Origin: Candidatus Sumerlaeaceae bacterium
Lineage (GTDB): Bacteria; Sumerlaeota; Sumerlaeia; Sumerlaeales; Sumerlaeaceae
Direction: 5' to 3'
Assembly (NCBI GenBank): GCA_051003195.1
Contig: JBPCLP010000013.1
Location: forward strand, 32,001-96,000
DNA length: 64,000 nucleotides
This document shows, piece after piece, positions 58,351-64,000 of the stretch; positions within the stretch are counted from its first letter, which is position 1; each line of letters starts with the position of its first letter. The notes beneath the pieces were generated by a model. That model searched no databases. It saw only the letters and a list, made by a program, of their open reading frames with translations, and was not told the origin of the DNA. A program made the position numbers and the translations under genes.

Positions 58351-60156
58351 TCAGCCGGAGGGTTTCTGGAGCAACTCGCACAGCCGGATAAAGTCGTAAA
58401 GGTATAGTCGAATACGTTCTGCGTCGTCGCTCTTGCTCGGGTATGCGCCAAGGTACTGTTGCGCCCCAAAAATTGCCGAGGAGTCGAAGCGGTTGCTCGC
58501 TTCGAGTATTTTTAAATACAGCTGTTCCTTTTCGTCGTCAATGTCATCGGCCCGTTCCAGCGATTGCTGCACGTCGGTAAGTGAGCTCGCATTTACGGTA
58601 CGCCCAAGCGACCACATCCGGCGATCGTTGATCGACTTTCGCAGCGTACGTGAAAGCGGTACAAGGCGCGTAAGAGCATAGAGCAGGTCGGATGTCTCAA
58701 TCTCTGGTTTTTTGCCGTATGCATTGAACATTGCTTCCACGACTACCTGCTCAATTTCAGCACCCGAATAGCCTTCGCTCGCTTCCGCGAGATGATCCAG
58801 GTCAAAATCAGCTGGCTTGCGGCTGCGTTTCGAGAGGTGGATGGCGAAAATATCACGCCGCTCCGACTCTGCCGGAAGATCGACAAAGAAGATTTCATCG
58901 AAGCGCCCCTTGCGAAGAACTTCGGCGGGAAGCCGCTCAATGTCGTTAGCTGTCGCGACGACGAAAACCGGCGCCGTTTTTTCCTGGAGCCAGGTGAGCA
59001 GCGTACCAAACAGCCGTGCCGTGGTGCCGCCATCTGTCGAATCCGAGGAGCCCACTCCGCTGAGACCTTTTTCAAGCTCATCTACCCAGAGCACGACAGG
59101 AGCGATGGTCTCCGCAATAGACAGCGCACGGCGAATATTGCTTTCCGTCTCGCCCACCATCTTTGAGAAGAGACGGCCAATGTCCAGCCGCACAAGCGGA
59201 CGGCCCAGCTCGTTCGCGGTCGCTTTAGCGGCAAGGCTTTTGCCGCAGCCCTGCACGCCCACCAGCAGCACTCCTCGCGGTGGCGGAAGCCCGAAACGTA
59301 TCGCCTGCGGATCCATGGCGGTTCGCCGTTTCGCGATCCATGCCTTGAGATGGTCGAGACCCCCCACGGCAGAGAGATTATCATTTGTATCGATGTACTC
59401 CAGCAGGCCGGATTTCCGAATGATCTGTTGCTTTTCCGCATAAACGAGCGGAGCCTGCTCGGCACCCAGGCGTTGCGCCTGCACGAGCGTTTTGGCGAAA
59501 ACATTTTCGGCTTCATTGATCGTAAGGCCGACCGATGCATCCAGGATCGCTTCGAGTGAGTCTTCGTCCAGGTCTACTCTCAGGCTCCGGTTCTCCGCGA
59601 CATCCGAGGCAATCTGGCGCACGAGATCTTCGAGTTCCGCGCGGTCCGGCAGCGGGAAATCGACAATCGTAATGTCCTTTTCGAGTTCTTCCGGCAGGCG
59701 TAGCAGCGGCGAAATAATAACTGCGGTCGAAAGCGTTGTACGCAGCAGGCTCGCCAGGTCCCGCAGGCGGCGTTTCACTTCGCTGTTCTGCATGAAATCA
59801 TGAAAGTCGCGCAGAACGAAAATAGATGGTTCCGGCGTGGCGAGGATCTCCTTTAGCGCGATCAGGGGATCCTTCGTGTCACGCCGACCCTCGGCTCGTC
59901 CTTCCAGCGCGGCCCGGTAGCGCGAGAGGCCGTTGCTGATCGTCCAGTCGAACATCTTTTTCCCGAGCGACTCCGCTATGCGGTGAATCTCTGCCAGCGC
60001 ACGCTCCTCCTCCCAGCTGACGACGTACAGCAGCGGGTATCGCGCACGCACAAGCGTCTCAATAGCAGAGGCCGCGGCAGAGCGCTTGCGCGCAGGTGCA
60101 GCCGGGGCGCGATCGGGCGGCTGCGCACCGCGCGGATGCGGTCTAGCGATAGTCAC
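58351..60156 (-). CDS. AAA ATPase (Ycf46-like)
   Basis: [57 protein letters not shown]. Confidence 0.9.
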   Translation of the reverse strand: MTIARPHPRGAQPPDRAPAAPARKRSAAASAIETLVRARYPLLYVVSWEEERALAEIHRIAESLGKKMFDWTISNGLSRYRAALEGRAEGRRDTKDPLIALKEILATPEPSIFVLRDFHDFMQNSEVKRRLRDLASLLRTTLSTAVIISPLLRLPEELEKDITIVDFPLPDRAELEDLVRQIASDVAENRSLRVDLDEDSLEAILDASVGLTINEAENVFAKTLVQAQRLGAEQAPLVYAEKQQIIRKSGLLEYIDTNDNLSAVGGLDHLKAWIAKRRTAMDPQAIRFGLPPPRGVLLVGVQGCGKSLAAKATANELGRPLVRLDIGRLFSKMVGETESNIRRALSIAETIAPVVLWVDELEKGLSGVGSSDSTDGGTTARLFGTLLTWLQEKTAPVFVVATANDIERLPAEVLRKGRFDEIFFVDLPAESERRDIFAIHLSKRSRKPADFDLDHLAEASEGYSGAEIEQVVVEAMFNAYGKKPEIETSDLLYALTRLVPLSRTLRKSINDRRMWSLGRTVNASSLTDVQQSLERADDIDDEKEQLYLKILEASNRFDSSAIFGAQQYLGAYPSKSDDAERIRLYLYDFIRLCELLQKPSG

Positions 60157-60237
60157 GAAGCTTCAGTACCACGGTCTTCGCAGAATGGTCAAGCGCTCGT
60201 GCAGTTTAAAGTGCAACAGCGGCATCACTGACTGGCG

Positions 60238-61206
60238 TCAGTCACTCCACACAGGCGCGTTTGGATCAGGTTCGTGGGTCTGGTGCTGGATGCTGATGTG
60301 AGTCACACCGGGAAATGCCCGGCGAAGGGCGTTGTCCACGCGCTGCTCAATCTCCGCAGTTTCACCGGCAGTGAGATGTTCGTCTACTACGACGTGGAGG
60401 TCCAGGTGAATGTCATTAAGTGTGCCGTGACTCCGGATCGCGTGGGCATTCAGCACTCCTCCGACGCTTTGCGCCACGTGGCGCACTTCACCCGGCTCCA
60501 GACGGCGTCGCTCTGTGAACGCATTAATATTATCGTCGAGGATATGCCGGGCGGCAGCGAGTAAAAAACCGACAACCCCGAGCGCCAGGAGCGGATCGAC
60601 CCACCACGCGAAGCGGCCCACCAGCAGTGAAAGCAGGCCCATCCCGGAGACCAGCGCATCGGAGTTCGTGTGCGCGGCATCCGCTGAAAGCAAGGCGCTC
60701 GAAAGGCTCCGGCCAGCGCGGCGCTCGTACCATGCAACTACGAGGTTGATTATCAGCGAGGCCGCAATCAGCCACACAAAAAGCCAGTCGATCGCAGCAG
60801 TGCCCGGCCTGGTCGTTGGACTGGCCGAATGATTCAGCACACTGTGAAAAATCTGCTGCAGAATCTCCCAGGCGAGCAACATGACAAGTCCGCCAATGAG
60901 CATCGCCGCGAGACTTTCGATTTTGCGATGGCCATAAGGATGTTCTTCATCCGGCGGCTGGGACGCCTGCCGCATGGCCACCATCGCGACCACGTTATTT
61001 GCACCATCCAGCAGGCTGTGAAAACCGTCCGCCAATACCGTCGTGTGTCCGCTCATAGCGCCAACTACGATCTTAAGACCTGCCAGCAACCAGTTGACCG
61101 CGAGAGTGACGCACAGGACGCGCATGATTCCACCTGCTCGCAAAATTTCGGATTGCGGCAGTAGTTGTGGATCCGGTGAGCTGGTATTCTGGAGAGTATG
61201 GTTCAA
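60238..61206 (-). CDS. cation diffusion facilitator (FieF-like)
   Basis: ADGFHSLLD, PPDEEHPYGH, DAAHTNSD; start uncertain (TTG 61206 or ATG 61125). Confidence 0.9.
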   Translation of the reverse strand: MNHTLQNTSSPDPQLLPQSEILRAGGIMRVLCVTLAVNWLLAGLKIVVGAMSGHTTVLADGFHSLLDGANNVVAMVAMRQASQPPDEEHPYGHRKIESLAAMLIGGLVMLLAWEILQQIFHSVLNHSASPTTRPGTAAIDWLFVWLIAASLIINLVVAWYERRAGRSLSSALLSADAAHTNSDALVSGMGLLSLLVGRFAWWVDPLLALGVVGFLLAAARHILDDNINAFTERRRLEPGEVRHVAQSVGGVLNAHAIRSHGTLNDIHLDLHVVVDEHLTAGETAEIEQRVDNALRRAFPGVTHISIQHQTHEPDPNAPVWSD

Positions 61207-61388
61207 TACGGGGCTCTTGAGTAGATTGACACTATCGACTGGAAAGTGGAAAATGCGCTGCCAGCGCGCTTCCGCCTCTTGGAAGACTGCTACGACTGCA
61301 CGGTATTTGCTCTTTTTACTGGCGAACGGGCGATCAGCGCTTTCGAAAAGCGCATGAGCGAACGAACCTGAACAGGAAAGACCGAGAC

Positions 61389-62189
61389 ATGAGACAATTA
61401 AACACCGCGAGAAAAACTGCCGGTAAGGCAATGTTCATAGCACTGGGTGTTGTGGCTGCAATTATAGTTCTTTTGTTAATCCTTGTGTCGTGGGGTGTCG
61501 GGGTCAACAATAACCTCGTACGGCTGAACCAGGCCGCCGATGCGCAATGGGCGACCGTGCAGGCGCAATACCAGCGTCGGCTGGACCTGATTCCGAATCT
61601 CGTCGCGACCGTAAAAGGGGCAGCAGCGCAGGAGTTGCAACTGGTAGTGGGTGCAGTCCGCGAGCGCGCCAAGGCTACGCAAATCCAGGTCAATCCTTCC
61701 GACCCGGCACAGTTTAAACAATTCCAGGACACGCAGGCCCAATTGTCGGGAGCTCTCAGTCGGCTCCTTGTAACCGTGGAACGTTATCCGGAAATTAAAA
61801 CGAACCAGAATTTTCTGGAGTTACAGTCACAGATCGAAGGTACTGAAAACAGGATTTCCGTAGAGCGCAAACGCTACAACGAGACGGTGCAGGCGTATAA
61901 CAACGCGGTGCTCGTGTTCCCGGGTTCCTTGATCGCGTCCTTCCGCAACTTCAAGCAGCGTCCATACTTTACGGCAGACGTAGAAGCACAAAGCGCCCCG
62001 AAGGTCGACTTCGGTGCTTCGCCCGGCGGTACGGTACCGCCCGCAGGCGGACAAAGTGCCGCACCGGCTGCAGCGCCAACAACAGCTGAGCAGGTGCCTC
62101 CTCCTCCGGCGGCACCCTCACCCACCAAAGCCTTGCCACCCGAGGGCGCAATGCTCATGAAGTCCCCCGCTCTATCCGCGGCGGCTTAA
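61389..62189 (+). CDS. lemA: LemA family protein with Pro/Ala-rich tail
   Basis: QYQRRLDLIPNLV, ERYPEIK, GTENRI.VER.RYN; start could be 61431. Confidence 0.92.
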   Translation: MRQLNTARKTAGKAMFIALGVVAAIIVLLLILVSWGVGVNNNLVRLNQAADAQWATVQAQYQRRLDLIPNLVATVKGAAAQELQLVVGAVRERAKATQIQVNPSDPAQFKQFQDTQAQLSGALSRLLVTVERYPEIKTNQNFLELQSQIEGTENRISVERKRYNETVQAYNNAVLVFPGSLIASFRNFKQRPYFTADVEAQSAPKVDFGASPGGTVPPAGGQSAAPAAAPTTAEQVPPPPAAPSPTKALPPEGAMLMKSPALSAAA

Positions 62190-62191
62190 GC

Positions 62192-62659
62192 ATGCTCCAA
62201 ACGATAGCCGGCAATCGTCAGTACACGCTGGCTGAAGTGCTCGGGCGCGGACGTTCAGAGATGATCGCTGACGCGGTGCACGATGCGGAATCGTGTACCA
62301 GCGGCGAGATTGTCGTGCAAATTGAGCAGGAACTGCCGCCAGGAGTTAGCGCGCGAGATGCCGCAGTCGCCCAGTTTCAACGGCAGGGGATCGCAAATAC
62401 CAAACTGAACAATGGCATACTGCTGTTTATCGCGCTCGACGAGCGAAAGATCGAGCTTGTGGCAGACAGCGGCATTTCCAGTAGGATCGGACAGGAACAG
62501 TGGGATTTCGTCGTGCAGATAATCAGCCTTGGATTTCGCACGGGTTTTCCGGCGGAGAGCATTGTGATGGCGCTCGCCGCAATGGGCGACCTGCTGGGCT
62601 GCCATTTCCCGTGGCAGCCAGGCGACGTGAACGAACTGCCCGATAGTCCGAACCGATGA
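62192..62659 (+). CDS. TPM-domain protein
   Basis: AESCTSGEIVV, NGILLFI, DVNELPD. Confidence 0.88.
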   Translation: MLQTIAGNRQYTLAEVLGRGRSEMIADAVHDAESCTSGEIVVQIEQELPPGVSARDAAVAQFQRQGIANTKLNNGILLFIALDERKIELVADSGISSRIGQEQWDFVVQIISLGFRTGFPAESIVMALAAMGDLLGCHFPWQPGDVNELPDSPNR

Positions 62660-63444
62660 TCCTTTTGGCCAGCCGCTGCAGCACCGTTCGGATCATTTGC
62701 CTGGTGGCTCTAATGCTGTCGGCGATAACCGCCACAGCCCTGGACGTGCCGCCTTTCAATCCCGAGCACAAAGAAGTAACGGACCTCACCGGGACTCTGA
62801 AGCCGGCAGAAGTAAGCGCGCTGGTGAGCAAGATACAGGCGGTCCAGGCGAGCGACGGTACACAGATTTCCGTCCTGCTTATACCAACCCTGGACGGTGA
62901 TGAGATCTTCGACTTCACGCAACGAGTGGCCACCACCTGGAAAATTGGCCAGAGCAAAATCGACAACGGCGTTCTGTTTCTCATCGTGAAGAACGACAAA
63001 AAGGCCCGTATCCATGTTGGCTATGGGCTTGAAGGGCGGCTGACCGACGCATTGAGCAAACGCATTCTGCTGAACGAGGTGCAGCCGGAGTTCCGCTCTG
63101 GTCGCTTTTACCAGGGAATCGATCGCGCTGTCACTGCCATCATCCAGGCAGTGAAGGGCGAGTATACCGCGCCCGCGAAAAAGAGCACCGGAAAGAGCAG
63201 CGACGCCGGCTTCTGGGTCATGCTGGCCATTCTTGCGTTCTTGTGGATGAGCGGAATGCGCATGTCACGTCGGGGTTCCCGCCGCAGGCGGCGCGCATAC
63301 GGCGGCTTTTACTTTCCGACGTTGGGCAGCGGCGGCGGTGGCGGCTGGAGCAGTGGAGGCGGCGGTGGCTGGAGCAGCGGGGGTGGTGGCGGAGGCTTCG
63401 GCGGCGGCGATTTCGGTGGAGGCGGCGCCAGTGGCGACTGGTGA
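62656..63444 (+). CDS. TPM-domain protein (YgcG-like) with Gly-rich tail
   Basis: VTDLTGTL, DNGVLFLI, VGYGLEG.LTD, GGGDFGGGGASGDW. Confidence 0.9.
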   Translation: MILLASRCSTVRIICLVALMLSAITATALDVPPFNPEHKEVTDLTGTLKPAEVSALVSKIQAVQASDGTQISVLLIPTLDGDEIFDFTQRVATTWKIGQSKIDNGVLFLIVKNDKKARIHVGYGLEGRLTDALSKRILLNEVQPEFRSGRFYQGIDRAVTAIIQAVKGEYTAPAKKSTGKSSDAGFWVMLAILAFLWMSGMRMSRRGSRRRRRAYGGFYFPTLGSGGGGGWSSGGGGGWSSGGGGGGFGGGDFGGGGASGDW

Positions 63445-63478
63445 ATGCGTGCCCATGCCCCCCGGCAGGGTCACACTT

Positions 63479-64000
63479 CTATTGCAGTTTACTCGCCATG
63501 TTCAGGCACTCGATCGCAGCCTGACGTATGATCGACAGTTTCTGTAAATCGCTGATCTCTGGATGAATGTACGGGTTGCGAAAGTGCTGCAGGCTCACAA
63601 GCAATTCCGCAAATCGTATGACTTCTGCCTCGGTGTCCAGACCCTTGAGACCCAGCGGGTTGTGAACTTTGACCGTACGCGCTTGTTTCTGCCATTGGTA
63701 GGTACGTCCAAACGCGATAATCATAATCCCCAGCGCCTTTAAGCCGTCCGGCTTATAGCGGCTCTGGTGTTCAAGAATGCGGCGCAGCGTCTGTTTAACG
63801 TTATCGATCGTGAAATCCATCTCCCTGCCACGCAACAACAGCAGCAGGTGCTGGTGGTAAAAAACGGAAAGACTCTGATTGTTGTTCTCCATCATCTCCA
63901 TAACAAGCATGGAGGTCTGCTCATGTGCCAGGAACCGCTGCAGGCGTTTCGCCATCCTCGCCTTCACTTCGTTCTCGACCGCGAAACAATACGAAAACCC
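63479..64000 (-). CDS. partial protein, C-terminus with HEPN-like motif (runs off window end)
   Basis: Frame open to position 64000 (GFSYCFAVENEVKARM...); RNPYIH near the C-terminus. Confidence 0.65.
   Translation of the reverse strand, partial: GFSYCFAVENEVKARMAKRLQRFLAHEQTSMLVMEMMENNNQSLSVFYHQHLLLLLRGREMDFTIDNVKQTLRRILEHQSRYKPDGLKALGIMIIAFGRTYQWQKQARTVKVHNPLGLKGLDTEAEVIRFAELLVSLQHFRNPYIHPEISDLQKLSIIRQAAIECLNMASKLQ

Noticed and set aside
63325..63444. GGC-rich repeat encoding GGGGGWSS twice
   Set aside because: Normal Gly-rich tail of YgcG/TPM proteins

Overview
Gene-dense bacterial chromosomal window (GC-rich, about 50 CDS plus one tRNA-Leu(TAG)); I see no rRNA, CRISPR array, integrase or transposase. 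The lineage is uncertain; a PVC-like or Ca. Sumerlaeota-like organism is a guess from the long GreA, the kinase-WD40 protein and short Trp-containing C-terminal tails. Housekeeping genes include mscL, pheA, tyrA, accD, argB, ftsQ-ftsA (no ftsZ), hflX, a long greA, a UbiD-family decarboxylase and lemA-TPM-TPM. Also present are a split NHEJ cluster (Ku, LigD-type polymerase, ATP-dependent ligase), three GT-C-fold membrane glycosyltransferase-like genes and several sugar-nucleotide enzymes. The most notable items are: (1) a two-gene module of a class III nucleotide cyclase-Ser/Thr kinase-TM-WD40 protein plus a Ser/Thr kinase-cNMP-binding protein, resembling a receptor cyclase-to-PKG relay; (2) a DnaD-like and DnaC/DnaI-like pair inserted between pheA and tyrA; (3) recurrent Thr-Thr-x-Thr patches in exported regions, possibly an O-glycosylation signal; (4) dispersed ~60-70 nt intergenic imperfect palindromes with YYAGTG...CAC ends; (5) a small Cys/Pro-rich exported peptide, a [YF]xGPDRR Arg-rich candidate c-di-GMP binder and an edge-truncated HEPN-motif protein. 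All calls come from reading motifs by eye; no database searches were run.
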